Shown piece after piece: positions 10,028-20,430 of a stretch of DNA of 28,040 nt. This stretch comes from a virus (lineage: Duplodnaviria; Heunggongvirae; Uroviricota; Caudoviricetes), in IMG/VR virus record IMGVR_UViG_2778261689_000008, positions 1 through 28,040 of that record; one strand, written 5' to 3'. The number at the start of each line of letters is the position of its first letter. Within the stretch, counting starts at the first letter, position 1. Both the position numbers and the translations under genes were made by a program. The notes beneath the pieces were generated by a model. That model was given only the letters and a program-made list of their open reading frames with translations. It was not told the origin of the DNA and searched no databases.

Positions 10028-10380
10028 TGGTAATCCCCTTCTTCACCGTGGAACTCAAGATCAACCGTGCCTTCTTCGGCATTATGGTTCGCTTCGCCGT
10101 GCAGCCAGGCAGACGACAGTACATAGACCTGACCGTTCGCCAGCTCGGCAGTGATGGTCATCTCATCAGACGAGGTGATTTTGCTCACCGGAAAATTCTT
10201 CGGCACCTTGAAGGTCCCTTTGACATAGGGCGCACGGTGAGTTTCCTTGCGGTCCACTGAACCGTCCAGGCCGATGATGTCATCATTGACCGTCCTGTTC
10301 ATGGGCACCTCAATGCCGCCGGTCAGCGATAGCTGCTGACCGTCAATTTTGAAATAACAGGTTCCCCCGATACGGGCCAT
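10024..10380 (-). CDS. Tail tube protein
   Basis: 118 aa directly after the sheath gene with a 1-bp start/stop overlap. Confidence 0.65.
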   Translation of the reverse strand: MARIGGTCYFKIDGQQLSLTGGIEVPMNRTVNDDIIGLDGSVDRKETHRAPYVKGTFKVPKNFPVSKITSSDEMTITAELANGQVYVLSSAWLHGEANHNAEEGTVDLEFHGEEGDYQ

Positions 10381-11876
10381 TATGCAGACTCCTCTGAATA
10401 CTGAAGACGGAACTGGTTAACCACGGCAAAGACACGCAACTGGTTAACATAGTCAGGCGGGAACAGCGTGTTCAGGCGGTTCGGATCGCTGGCATCACGC
10501 TCCACAACCAGGTACTGCTTAAACAGTTCGTAGTTTTCCACGATCCCCGCACGCTCAAGCTGACGGTAGGTTGCCAGCAGTTCCCCTTTGATCACCGCCG
10601 GGGTGACAATCGCCTGACCGGGACCAAAGCGGGTACCGTCACTGGCAAGCTTGTGACGCCCGTACTTACTGGTAATGACGGATTTCAGTTTGCGCAGTAC
10701 ATACGCGCTGGTATGCAGTGTCTCACTGTCGAGGTAGCTGTTATCCGCAACCCCGTAAGCGTTTTTCCTGTACGTGGTGACATCACGCTGAATGCGCAGT
10801 ACCCCGCTTTCGACATACGCCGTTGCCACGCCATGAGACAGCAGGGTCTGTTGTTCGGTCATCGTGAACCGTTTCCCCTTCGGCGCAGGCAGCATACCCA
10901 CCATCTCACCGGTCTGCGTGGGACGTGCCGGATCGTTGCGGATAAACACCGCTGCGCGGGCGGTACGGCTGGCTGCCAGCTCGTCGGCAGGCGTCTGGGT
11001 CTCTTTTTCGTACCCCGCCAGGGTGATGTGCTGCTGGTTAAACTGGTCACCTGCGTTCACCAGTTCTGACAGTGTGCCGGCCTTTGCCGTATACACATGA
11101 CCATACAGCTGACGCGCATAGCTCCAGCGACCGCTGGTATCGTTCATCTCGGTCACCAGCGTGTTAACAGAGGCCGTGTCGTTGAACGGCAGACCGATAT
11201 AATCAAACGGCTCATCCGCCATTGCAGCCACCGCGCCGGTGAGAACCGGAGCGCCCGTTCCGGCGGTCCCCGTCGCCACGGCAATCTGTACGCCCGCTGG
11301 CAGCACTTCGCCCCCACCGAAGCCGTAGTAATTGAGGCTGACAGGAATTTCATTCCCGCAAAGCCCCTTATGGCGAGCGGTCAATGTAACCACACCAGCC
11401 GAAGATGAGGCCGTAAACGGCAGGGCCGGAACGGCATTGATGGCATCTTTGATACTGCTGGCAATCGTCGCGACGTTATCGCCGTTGGTCACCGGTGCCT
11501 GCACGCGGGTACGTCCCACATAAACATTCACCGTGCCGGTTTCGGTTGCTGCCCCGGTCACCGTCAGCGTAACTGTTGCCGCCGCGCCTGTGGATTCAGG
11601 AACGGCAATCACATACAGCTCGCCAAACGGGTCGGTCTGGCGATAAGCCTCGACCATACGCGCCAGCTGACTTCCCGCACCACAAATCTGGCGTGCATAG
11701 TCTGCCGACGGCATCAGTACCAGACTGTTGGCAACAATCTCTGCACCGTTATTGGCATGACCAATCAGCAGCGATGCTCCGCTGTCCTGTGCAGTATTCG
11801 CCGCCTGGTTATCCATTTCCGCATAAAACAACGGAACCAGCGTATTCGACGGAATGGTGTTAAAGCTTATCGTCAT
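10380..11876 (-). CDS. Contractile tail sheath protein
   Basis: 498 aa; first large gene of the tail module, followed by tube and chaperone. Confidence 0.75.
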   Translation of the reverse strand: MTISFNTIPSNTLVPLFYAEMDNQAANTAQDSGASLLIGHANNGAEIVANSLVLMPSADYARQICGAGSQLARMVEAYRQTDPFGELYVIAVPESTGAAATVTLTVTGAATETGTVNVYVGRTRVQAPVTNGDNVATIASSIKDAINAVPALPFTASSSAGVVTLTARHKGLCGNEIPVSLNYYGFGGGEVLPAGVQIAVATGTAGTGAPVLTGAVAAMADEPFDYIGLPFNDTASVNTLVTEMNDTSGRWSYARQLYGHVYTAKAGTLSELVNAGDQFNQQHITLAGYEKETQTPADELAASRTARAAVFIRNDPARPTQTGEMVGMLPAPKGKRFTMTEQQTLLSHGVATAYVESGVLRIQRDVTTYRKNAYGVADNSYLDSETLHTSAYVLRKLKSVITSKYGRHKLASDGTRFGPGQAIVTPAVIKGELLATYRQLERAGIVENYELFKQYLVVERDASDPNRLNTLFPPDYVNQLRVFAVVNQFRLQYSEESA

Positions 11877-12030
11877 CGGTATTCACCTTTTTATTCACGC
11901 GCCGGATATCACCCGCTGCTTCACGGCGCAGCCAGTAGTTGTTCTCGTCAACATTTCGCCCTTCGGCGGGCAAAAGGTCGCCGCGGGCAGGGTCAGGCAC
12001 TGACCGCCCTTTAACAGGTTTGACAAACAT
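11860..12030 (-). CDS. Small 56-aa protein upstream of the sheath gene (not in the supplied track, under 60 aa)
   Basis: ATG at 12030 with GAGGA 5 nt upstream; translates MFVKPVKGRSVPDPARGDLLPAEGRNVDENNYWLRREAAGDIRRVNKKVNTDDDKL; fills the only gap in otherwise tightly packed genes and overlaps the sheath start. Confidence 0.35.
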   Translation of the reverse strand: MFVKPVKGRSVPDPARGDLLPAEGRNVDENNYWLRREAAGDIRRVNKKVNTDDDKL

Positions 12031-12038
12031 GAGGATCC

Positions 12039-12599
12039 TCAGGAAGGAAGGGTTATTTCGGTGTGATGTTCGATATCGCCGTCAGGCCCGTTACCGGGCT
12101 CGAGATAATCAACATCAATCGCCAGCGTTTGCAGTTCATCCAGACTGTTCAGATCATCCTGCTGGCGGGTATCGTCTTCAGTCAGCTCGCTGATGACCGA
12201 AAAATCGAACTGATAAATCAGCTCATGACGATTCAGATCCAGCAGCGTGCCGCCGTCATAGGTAATCGGGTTACCGCACGCTTCCGGGTTCCAGCCCAGC
12301 AGGGCCTTAAAGAGCATCTGCCGGACATCGTCCACCACATCATACGAGGCAAACTGACCGCGCTCATCACGCCCGTTACTCAGTATGACAACCACGGAGA
12401 AGCCCTCTTTCAGCTCCTGCCAGTAGTCGGTCTGGCTTTTGTTTTCTCCCGGAGAGTCATCACCCGGTACCACATACGCCGCCGGGAGTCTCAGCTTTCC
12501 GACCTCCGGCAGATTTTTGAACTGTGCCGCGCCTGCCACCCGGTTTTCAAAATACGGGCAGCGGGCACGCAGCGCAGCAATAACAGGCGTCAGTTTCAT
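12039..12599 (-). CDS. Neck/tail-completion protein of the Mu-like tail module (hypothetical)
   Basis: 186 aa, acidic; sits between the head-tail joining genes and the sheath. Confidence 0.5.
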   Translation of the reverse strand: MKLTPVIAALRARCPYFENRVAGAAQFKNLPEVGKLRLPAAYVVPGDDSPGENKSQTDYWQELKEGFSVVVILSNGRDERGQFASYDVVDDVRQMLFKALLGWNPEACGNPITYDGGTLLDLNRHELIYQFDFSVISELTEDDTRQQDDLNSLDELQTLAIDVDYLEPGNGPDGDIEHHTEITLPS

Positions 12600-13102
12600 C
12601 TGTGTCGTCGCTCCGGCTTCAGTGATTTACGCAATTCCCGCGCCAGAAAATAGCGTGTCCAGCTGCGGTTCTTTTCAAGCGCTTCCACCATGAAGTTATT
12701 ACGTGGAGCCAGTCGCCAGCCGCTGCCACCGGATGCACCACGATGATGACTACGACGACGTTTTGCTCCTCCCCGGACACCAAAAAACAGAAACGCCGGA
12801 TAGAAGTCACCAGAGATCATCCGGTTCCCCTTCCCGTTGCGCTGGTTAGGGGCAATGCGTGTCATAAAACCGGCTCGCTTTTTACTGGCTCTCGGCACCA
12901 TATAACCAATCGAACGAGCCAGGCGTCCGGTCTGATAACCGGGGTTTTCACCCGGTGCCGACCGCGCACGGCGCATCACCAGCCGACGGGCATCACGCAT
13001 ATGACGCTGCCCAATCGTGACAAACGCCCGCCGGACACGGGCGCGGTTAAAGCGCATCTCGGCGGGCTGCTGAACATCAACGTGAAAAAAGGGAGTCGCC
13101 AT
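12596..13102 (-). CDS. HK97 gp10-like head-tail joining protein
   Basis: 168 aa, very basic C-terminus; position after the head-tail adaptor. Confidence 0.55.
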   Translation of the reverse strand: MATPFFHVDVQQPAEMRFNRARVRRAFVTIGQRHMRDARRLVMRRARSAPGENPGYQTGRLARSIGYMVPRASKKRAGFMTRIAPNQRNGKGNRMISGDFYPAFLFFGVRGGAKRRRSHHRGASGGSGWRLAPRNNFMVEALEKNRSWTRYFLARELRKSLKPERRHR

Positions 13103-13487
13103 TGCTGCCTCCGTGACTCTGCCTACATTCGCCCAGCTCCGTACACTCCAGCAGCAGAAAGCGCCGCGCCCCGTTCAGATCGCGCTGACGTTTCACCCGG
13201 TACACACTGTCACCGCAGACCACCTCATAATCAGCGGTGATCCCCCGGCGGTAACGAATGGTGATGTAATGGGTGATGGCGTCCCCGGTCTGCGCGGTTT
13301 CCTGCCAGGTGGTGGCACTGGTCTGGATAACCTTCGCCCATGTCCGGAACGTAACCGGGTATTGAGGCTCCACGCCAAAGTTATCCGCGGGCATATCCAC
13401 CCGCAGGCGGATCAGGACGCGTTTATTCAGTTCACCTGGGTCCGGCAGAATGTAGGTTGCGCTGGTCTGCGCCTGACGAATTTTCAT
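13077..13487 (-). CDS. Head-tail adaptor / head closure protein
   Basis: 136 aa; position and size in the HK97-type head module. Confidence 0.6.
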   Translation of the reverse strand: MKIRQAQTSATYILPDPGELNKRVLIRLRVDMPADNFGVEPQYPVTFRTWAKVIQTSATTWQETAQTGDAITHYITIRYRRGITADYEVVCGDSVYRVKRQRDLNGARRFLLLECTELGECRQSHGGSNGDSLFSR

Positions 13488-13807
13488 TGCGGAAAGTACC
13501 TGTACGGGCCGACAAGCCAGCCAAAACTCTGCGGCATGTCGAGTTTCTCCACTTCCGTAACCGACGAGCGGTTTTCGTAAAAATGGCTGATAAGCATCAG
13601 CATCCCCAGACGAATATCATCCGGCAGGTGCAGCCCGTCCGGATCGCTCTCCGGAATGGTTTCATCCGGTGCATAGAGCTTCCGGTTCAGATACGTTTCC
13701 GTCCGCTTTTGCGCCGCACAGGCCAGCAGTTGCAGATGGCGGTCATCAGCATCGAAATCCTCATCCAGCCGGAGTTGGGCTTTAATCTCTTCCATTGTCA
13801 GAAGCAT
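13484..13807 (-). CDS. Head-tail connector (gp6-like)
   Basis: 107 aa; N-terminal MEEIKAQLRLDEDFDADD acidic helix typical of this family. Confidence 0.6.
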   Translation of the reverse strand: MLLTMEEIKAQLRLDEDFDADDRHLQLLACAAQKRTETYLNRKLYAPDETIPESDPDGLHLPDDIRLGMLMLISHFYENRSSVTEVEKLDMPQSFGWLVGPYRYFPQ

Positions 13808-13809
13808 AC

Positions 13810-14010
13810 TCAGCCCTCTTTACTGGTCGTGGCTTTTTTCTCTTTTGCCGCTTTACTGCTTTTTGCACTGATTCCGCGCTCTGCTAACCCGGCCTGAAGT
13901 GCAATCTCCTGCACCCGGGCAGGAAGCGCCCCGTCGTCATACTCACCGGCCCGAATGACCTCAACACGCATACCGTCCGGTGACCATTTCAGATCTTGTT
14001 TCAGGATCAT
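13810..14010 (-). CDS. Hypothetical 66-aa protein
   Basis: Track ORF between the capsid and connector genes; Lys-rich C-terminus. Confidence 0.4.
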   Translation of the reverse strand: MILKQDLKWSPDGMRVEVIRAGEYDDGALPARVQEIALQAGLAERGISAKSSKAAKEKKATTSKEG

Positions 14011-14031
14011 GATTCTTCACCCGTCAGAACA

Positions 14032-14053
14032 GGGGGCGCGGTTCCGCGCCCCT
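14032..14053 (-). terminator. GC-rich hairpin just downstream of the major capsid gene (terminator or RNA-stabilising stem)
   Basis: 9-bp perfect stem (ggggcgcgg / ccgcgcccc), followed on the minus strand by a weak U-rich tract (CUGUUCUG). Confidence 0.4.
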
Positions 14054-14059
14054 GAGTGA

Positions 14060-15265
14060 TTACGCCGCTGCAATCTTCAGCAGTTTGATGGCCTGCGAAT
14101 CGACCAGCATCCCGCCGGTGCGCTTGGTGGTATAAAAACCGACAAACGGTTTATTGGTGTACGGGTCCCGCAGAATGCGGGTGCCGATACGGTCAACGAT
14201 GGTGTAACCCCGTTTGAAGTTACCAAATGCAATGGCTTTCGCATCAGCGGCGATATCCGGCATCTGTTCGTTTTCAGCGATACCGTAACCCGCCAGAGAG
14301 GACGGCTGCCCCAGTTCCAGCCCCGGACGCCACAGATAGTTACCCTCGGTGTCTTTCAGCAGACGGATGGCAAACAGGCTGTTGTTGTTCATCATGAACT
14401 TCGCGCCAGTGCGGTGTGCCTTACGCAGCGTGTAAATCAGTTTGATAATGGCGTCTGCGGTCACCGCGGTCGCTTCGCCGGATACAATATGCTGAAGTTT
14501 GCCGAACGCCCGGACCTTGTCGGTTTCATCAGTGGATTCATACGCCAGGAACCCTTTCGGCTTCTTGGTGCCATCGCCTGAGGTAAAGGCAATTTCTTCC
14601 TGTTCGGCAAATTCGGTTGCCAGCTCGCTGTTGATCCAGGCCTCCACGTTGAAGAAGGCATCGTCCAGCATTTTCTGGGTAGCCTGCGGGTTGCCGTAGA
14701 TTTCCCCCATGAGAGGTTCAATCAGCTCCAGTCTGGAGGTGGCAGTCTGGGATCGCGTATCCGTTTCCCCCACCCATCCGGAAGCCGTACCGCCCAGATT
14801 CACCAGTTTTTTGTAGTCGGAACCGCCAACGGTGATCACCGTGGCTTCCTGACGCATCACCACTTCATCTTTCAGCAGGTTAAGAATGTTGCGATCCAGT
14901 TCTTCCGGCACGGCGTAGCCACCGTCTTCATCGGTACCCACCTGCAATGCCTTACGCTCCAGATCGCGCAGACCGTCTTCACGGCCTTTACGTAGAAAGC
15001 CCACAAACGCCTCTTTATGCTCGGTGGCCAGTTTATTTTGCGCTCCACCTGCCGGACGTTTCAGCTCAAGCAGCTCTTTTTCAAGGTCGCTTTTGAGATT
15101 TTCCAGCTCGCTGAGTTTCCCGTTCAGGGTTTCCACCTGCCCGGCAAGCTTGCCTTTTTCCTGCTCAATCGCATCCACGCGCTTGTCGTTCTTTGCTTTG
15201 AAGTCGTCAAACTTCTGCTGCAGCTCCTGCGCGACCTGTTCGACATCTTTAATATCAACCGCCAT
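14060..15265 (-). CDS. Major capsid protein, HK97 family
   Basis: 401 aa; N-terminal coiled-coil delta-like region (KLAGQVETLNGKLSELENLKSDLEKELLELK) followed by a capsid body; directly downstream of the protease. Confidence 0.85.
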   Translation of the reverse strand: MAVDIKDVEQVAQELQQKFDDFKAKNDKRVDAIEQEKGKLAGQVETLNGKLSELENLKSDLEKELLELKRPAGGAQNKLATEHKEAFVGFLRKGREDGLRDLERKALQVGTDEDGGYAVPEELDRNILNLLKDEVVMRQEATVITVGGSDYKKLVNLGGTASGWVGETDTRSQTATSRLELIEPLMGEIYGNPQATQKMLDDAFFNVEAWINSELATEFAEQEEIAFTSGDGTKKPKGFLAYESTDETDKVRAFGKLQHIVSGEATAVTADAIIKLIYTLRKAHRTGAKFMMNNNSLFAIRLLKDTEGNYLWRPGLELGQPSSLAGYGIAENEQMPDIAADAKAIAFGNFKRGYTIVDRIGTRILRDPYTNKPFVGFYTTKRTGGMLVDSQAIKLLKIAAA

Positions 15266-15279
15266 CGTATTTCTCCTGA

Positions 15280-15966
15280 TTAGAAGTTCAGATTTTTCAG
15301 TGCATTCAGTGCAGAGCCCACATCCTCAGCGTCGCGCAGGGACAGTGCGCCATAGCCCCCGGCCATGAATGCTTTGGCCTGGGTACGGGAGAGTCCGACA
15401 TCACGCAGGACTCTTTCGATTTTTTTCTGTTCGGGGATTTCCCCGCGGGCCAGCGCGTTCTTGACGTCGCTGATCCGCGCCTCGTCGTTAGACGGAAACG
15501 TCACCAGACTGACTTCCCAGAGGTCGATTTCTTTCAACAGAAAGGCTTCTCTGCTCCGGTCGTATTCCCAGTCTTTCAGGACGTACCCAATAGAAAGGCC
15601 GGTTAACGAACCGGCCTTCATGTGTGCATGTGCGCGTTTTGCGAGGGGATCATCATCAATAAGCAACCGTCCCCTGACGTAAAGCCCGACATCGTCTTCC
15701 TTCATTTCGGTGTAAACACCGATGGGTTCATCCATGCGGTGCTGCCAGAGCAGCGCAGGTAACGCTTTTCTGTCACTCCACGCCCGCAGGGAAGCAGCAA
15801 ATGCCCCGGACATCACCACATCATCGTGGCTGTCCTTTACACCAAAGACGGAGCCATACCCTTCAAACTCACCGGAGTCACTGACAGATTTCAGACTCAG
15901 CGGTACATCAAGACGTTGTTTCGTCTGCATTGGCGTTATCCTTCTGCTTACCGGCTTTACTGCCAT
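15280..15966 (-). CDS. Prohead maturation protease, HK97 family
   Basis: 228 aa between portal and capsid; overlaps the portal 3' end. Confidence 0.8.
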   Translation of the reverse strand: MAVKPVSRRITPMQTKQRLDVPLSLKSVSDSGEFEGYGSVFGVKDSHDDVVMSGAFAASLRAWSDRKALPALLWQHRMDEPIGVYTEMKEDDVGLYVRGRLLIDDDPLAKRAHAHMKAGSLTGLSIGYVLKDWEYDRSREAFLLKEIDLWEVSLVTFPSNDEARISDVKNALARGEIPEQKKIERVLRDVGLSRTQAKAFMAGGYGALSLRDAEDVGSALNALKNLNF

Positions 15967-17149
15967 CGGAGGGTTTCGTGGTCATGTTCATCGGTGTGAG
16001 ATAGACATCACCACCGGGTCGTGGATTCATATCTTCCAGGTCGCGGCAGTCATTGGGAGAGTAAATTCCCCAGTTGATCCCGGTGGCGTAGGCTTCAAAA
16101 CGGGACTTCATATCCCCGCGCAGTAACGCCCCGGCGTTAAATTTGGCGTAATAAACGCCCTGCTTACTTTTTCGTACCAGTCCGGTGTTGATCCGCTGTT
16201 CGATGCGGGTCAGATACGGCACCAGTGAATAGTTGATAAATCCCAGCCCCAGCTCTTCGATATTGTTGAAGGTGGCGCGATCGGTGTTCTGCACCATGTG
16301 CAACGGCACCCGGAACAGACGACAGATTTCTTCAAGCTGAAACTTGCGGGTTTCCAGGAACTGGCTGTCCTCGGCGTTCAGCGCCATCGACTTCCAGTCC
16401 AGCCCCATCTCAAGGATCATCGGGCGGTGAGCATTGCCAAGCCCGGTGTGACGCTCCTCAAAATCTTTCTTCAGGCGCTCATAAGCCTGATCTGACAGCG
16501 TCTGCTCTGTACGCAACACACCCGACGTCACCGCGCCATTGCTGAACAGTCTGGCCCCGTGCTCTTCGGTCGCTGCCGCCAGCGATATTGCCTCGCGGGC
16601 ATAGGCGATGGGATTCAGCCCCACCAGTCCGTCCAGCGTCAGCGTGCGCACATGCCAGATATCCTCCTGGCTCAGTACATCCGTGGAGCCATCCGGGAAT
16701 GTGACCTGATAGACCGGCTCCCAGCTACTGTTAAGCTTCGGTACCACACAGCCGGGATCGACGGGCAGCAGTTCAGCCACTTCGCCAAATGCTTTCACTT
16801 TGTAGGCGTAAAAGTTTCCCCGCAGGCACAGACAGGTGACCACCAGCTCCCAGAACTCCTGCGGCGTCATATAGCCATTGGGATGCGTGGAGATCAGCTT
16901 ATGCAGACGTTCGCCAGCGGCTCTCTGCTTCAGACTGCCGTTCAGGTGATACAGGTTGCAGGGCAACATCCCGACCGACTCCGCCAGCACCCTGACACAG
17001 GAAAAAACCGCCGTCAGTCGCATGGCCCGCTGGCTGCTGATCTGCTTTCCGGTATAGGTGTCGTAGGACAACCCGATAGCATCCGCCAGCTCTGCTGGCG
17101 TGGTCACCGGTGCGTCACTTTTTCGTTGAAATAATCCCGAAAAGAACAC
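15908..17149 (-). CDS. Portal protein, HK97 family
   Basis: 413 aa after terminase; acidic Lys-rich C-terminus. Confidence 0.8.
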   Translation of the reverse strand: MFFSGLFQRKSDAPVTTPAELADAIGLSYDTYTGKQISSQRAMRLTAVFSCVRVLAESVGMLPCNLYHLNGSLKQRAAGERLHKLISTHPNGYMTPQEFWELVVTCLCLRGNFYAYKVKAFGEVAELLPVDPGCVVPKLNSSWEPVYQVTFPDGSTDVLSQEDIWHVRTLTLDGLVGLNPIAYAREAISLAAATEEHGARLFSNGAVTSGVLRTEQTLSDQAYERLKKDFEERHTGLGNAHRPMILEMGLDWKSMALNAEDSQFLETRKFQLEEICRLFRVPLHMVQNTDRATFNNIEELGLGFINYSLVPYLTRIEQRINTGLVRKSKQGVYYAKFNAGALLRGDMKSRFEAYATGINWGIYSPNDCRDLEDMNPRPGGDVYLTPMNMTTKPSDGSKAGKQKDNANADETTS

Positions 17150-17331
17150 TATTTACCTCCGCCGACAGACGACTGTGTACGGTCGAGATATCGCGCCACC
17201 AGCCACGACCAGAACAGACACAACGCCCCGGCAACAACAAACCCCGCCGGGGGATAAATCAGCCAGGCACCATACGCCAGCAAAAGCGCCCCCAGCACGC
17301 CCACCAGAGGCGCGAGAATCAGCATGATCAT
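17149..17331 (-). CDS. Small two-helix membrane protein
   Basis: 60 aa, two hydrophobic segments; 1-bp overlap with the portal start. Confidence 0.45.
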
Positions 17332-17342
17332 AATTACCTCAG

Positions 17343-19076
17343 TTAAAGCGAGCGGATCCCATAGGACTCAATGTGGTCAGACAGCGTGTCTTCTTTCTCG
17401 TACAGCATGGCTCTGCCAACCGCCATAATCAGCGCAACTGCACCATCGATTTTGTTTTCCGCCTGCTCTTTGACGGGCTTCACTAAATCATCGTTACCTG
17501 GCATGTTTTTGCCGACCACATTGCCGATACACCAGGTCATGATGGGATTGCCGTCATGATGAAAGCGTCCCGATTCAATCGCTGCCTCCAGCTCTTTCAT
17601 CGGGTCGGACATATTGGCGAAGTTCTGGACGATAGTAACGGGATTCAGGTCTTCATCAGCAAGGTCATGTGACAGCCCGGTCGCTCCGAAAGGGTCGATG
17701 GGTGACTCACTGACCGGGCTGATTTTGTTCGCCGCTTTGGCCTCTTCGAGGATGTAGCGATAATCCACCTCTGCACCATCGGTAACGGTCAGAACGCCCA
17801 TTTCCACCCATTTCTGAAAGCGTTCGGCTGTCCGGCGATCTTCATTTTTCTCGACGCTATACACCGTGTCATACGGTACCCAGAAACGCGGGGCCACACT
17901 GTAGTAATGCGTTTTACCGTCAATCTCGCGGGTATAAAGTCGCGCCATGCTGTTCATATCCAGCTTACGCGCCAGGTCAAAGGCCAGAATGCACGGCTGC
18001 CCCTCGAACTGCTCAAGAGTCAGTGATTTATCCTCGCAGCTCTGCCAGCTCACCAGGTTGAAATACGCCGAACGCGCCGACACCCAGATATTGAGGTGTT
18101 TTGTTTTAAAGACGTTTGCCAGACGGGCGTTATTTTTCGCACGCTGCTGCTGACTTAACAAAAATTCGCGATAAACCGACACGCCAATATTTGGATTGGC
18201 TTTTTCCAGCACCTGCGGGTCGGTCCAGTCGTCACCTTCATCAACGGTATAGATGATCCCGAACAGTTCATCGTTAGGCACCGAGCCGTTGAGCATCTCG
18301 ATGACTTCCCGCCGTTTGTCGTAGCACGGCCCCTCAATGTTGTACCCGGCGGTGGTGATGGCCCACATCAGTGGCTGACGTCGCGCCCCCATCCCGGTAA
18401 GCATTGTGGTATAAAGCGCATCGGTGGCATGCTCGTGATATTCATCCACCACCGCACAGTGGGGTGATGAACCATCACCTGGGTTGCCGATCAGCGGTTC
18501 AAACCGCGCGCCATCCTCCGGACGGTTCATGTTTGAGGCGTTAACCTCAATCCCGAACGCTTCCGTCAGCATGGGTGTGCGTTTACACATCAGTCGCGCC
18601 GGGCGAAAGACTTCCCACGCCTGTTTCTCTGTCGTGGCACCGGAATACACTTCCGCGCCAAACTCGTTATCACAGGCAAAACAATACAGGGCAACACCGG
18701 CAGAGATTGCTGATTTGCCGTTCTTACGGGGGATTTCGGTGTACACCTCCCGGAAGCGGCGCAACCGGGTGCCTTTATTGACCCAGCCAAACGCACAGCA
18801 GATCACAAATAGCTGCCACGGCTCCAGCGTGATGGGCATCCGTTTGAATGCCCACTCCCCCTTGGTGTGCGGCAACAGCTGAATAAATTTCGCGGCCCGT
18901 TCAGCCAGGTCCTTGTCGAAGCGGTAACGAAACGACTTACTTTTTTCCGCCATCAGGTCATCAAGATGGCGCTGGCAGGCCTGAATCACAAACTGGCAGG
19001 CAACAATCTTTCCGCGCACGACATCCCGGGCATACTGATTTGCAGCATTTACGTTGGGGTAAGATTTCCGGCTCAT
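17343..19076 (-). CDS. Terminase large subunit
   Basis: 577 aa; ATPase-type motifs (GKS, VVDEYHE) and C-terminal nuclease region; overlaps the small subunit by 4 bp. Confidence 0.85.
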
Positions 19077-19576
19077 GATTCGATGATTTTCAGAAACGGG
19101 TTAGTGGCTTTCTTCTTCCCCGCCAGGCCAATCAGACGCTGGCGGCTGCTGGGGTCGAGTCCGAGCATTGCCCCCGTACTGCTCATCTCGGACTCCTGTT
19201 CTTTTTTGGCGGTCAGCTCCGGATTTTTGACCATACCGCCCATTGCACCGGTGATGGTGTTGCCCTGTCTGGCAATATTTTTCACGGCACGTCGCCAGAA
19301 CTCGTAGGCCACGCACCACCGCTCAAGCACCGCAAGGTCAGTCACGCACAGCAGGCCCTGACCGCAGAGTTCTTTAGTTGTCAGTTGCCACATGATCGTG
19401 GCGAGAGGGAGATCTTCTTCAGCGAACCACTCCGGTGGCTCAACACCTTTGATGGGCGTAAAAACAGGTTCATCTTTGTTCAGGGCTCGCTTGCCGGGGT
19501 TTCCGGCCAGCGCCTTGCGCGCCGTTGGCTTGGGGCGACGCCCGGAACGCCCCGCCGTTCCAGCCATATGCGGCAC
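19073..19576 (-). CDS. Terminase small subunit (P27-like), GTG start
   Basis: 167 aa with N-terminal [22 protein letters not shown] motif typical of P27-family small terminases. Confidence 0.75.
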   Translation of the reverse strand: MPHMAGTAGRSGRRPKPTARKALAGNPGKRALNKDEPVFTPIKGVEPPEWFAEEDLPLATIMWQLTTKELCGQGLLCVTDLAVLERWCVAYEFWRRAVKNIARQGNTITGAMGGMVKNPELTAKKEQESEMSSTGAMLGLDPSSRQRLIGLAGKKKATNPFLKIIES

Positions 19577-19606
19577 TCCTGGTTAAATTTCATTTTTCGC
19601 GGGTAT

Positions 19607-19666
19607 AAAAAAACGATGGGGCGGGCAGTCCGGAAGACGTCAGGTCACAGAGATTTGACCCGCCCC
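19607..19666 (-). terminator. Terminator-like element between HNH and terS (8-bp G/C stem, internal stems, then U7); possibly also the cos region
   Basis: ggggcggg (19618-19625) and cccgcccc (19659-19666) are inverted repeats enclosing 33 bp with internal palindromes (ggtca...tgacc, gacgtc); the A7 run at 19607-19613 gives U7 on the minus strand. Confidence 0.35.
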
Positions 19667-19693
19667 TCCCTCACAGACAGTTGAGAATTATTA

Positions 19694-20113
19694 TCACTTT
19701 AGCCGTTCACGGGCCGTCTTCGCCTTATGGCACGGCCAGCACAGACTCTGCAGATTACAGTCGGCATCAGTGCCGCCATGCGCTTTAGGGATGATGTGGT
19801 CAACAGTTTTCGCCTCACGCACCACACCAGCACGCAGACATAACTGACACAGGCCTTTGTCACGTTGCAGCACACGTTCACGGATAACATCCCATTTCGA
19901 ACCATAACCGCGCTGGTGTCTGGACTGGCCCGGCTTGTATTGCTTCCAGCCTTCACTTTTGTGGCTTTCGCAATAGCCTGACGGGTCAGTTGTGGTATGG
20001 CGGCAGCCGCGAACACGGCAGGCTTTTGGGGTTCGTGGTGGCATGCTGGCTCCAATAAAAAGCCCCGCGACGCGAGGCTTAGACAGAAAAAACACCGGAT
20101 AAGATCTGGTCAT
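19694..20113 (-). CDS. HNH endonuclease
   Basis: 139 aa with paired Cys/His motifs (CRHTT...CESHK; HIIPKAHGG...CWPCH); located immediately upstream of terS, as in HK97-like cos phages. Confidence 0.8.
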   Translation of the reverse strand: MTRSYPVFFLSKPRVAGLFIGASMPPRTPKACRVRGCRHTTTDPSGYCESHKSEGWKQYKPGQSRHQRGYGSKWDVIRERVLQRDKGLCQLCLRAGVVREAKTVDHIIPKAHGGTDADCNLQSLCWPCHKAKTARERLK

Positions 20114-20313
20114 TCTTCCTTTTTAATAATGACTTCTCGAGGGCGCAATTGTTGGATAGCACGACAGATACAATATGGAATAACTGCCCATGCTACTCCC
20201 ATTGCTGCACCTGCAGCCTGTTGTGGAGCACTCTGAGCACCGAAAACCCCGAGGATTCCTTCAATAAATCCAATAGCACTACACAAAAGACTGATGACCC
20301 AGAGAATTTTCAT
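20110..20313 (-). CDS. Small two-helix membrane protein, translationally coupled to HNH
   Basis: 67 aa; ATGA stop/start overlap with the HNH gene; AT-rich upstream region. Confidence 0.5.
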   Translation of the reverse strand: MKILWVISLLCSAIGFIEGILGVFGAQSAPQQAAGAAMGVAWAVIPYCICRAIQQLRPREVIIKKEE

Positions 20314-20430
20314 AAACCCAAACTCCTTTTAAATAAACACATTACTAGGATAATTCTCATAAAATGTTAGTAAAGTATTTTCAGGAAAATAGCGTATCAC
20401 TGCCTATTTTTGACACTGATGCTGGGATAA

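Noticed and set aside
20314-20430. AT-rich intergenic stretch as a distinct regulatory element
   Set aside because: Plausibly just a promoter or RBS region for the downstream small membrane gene; no repeat or hairpin structure distinctive enough to call.
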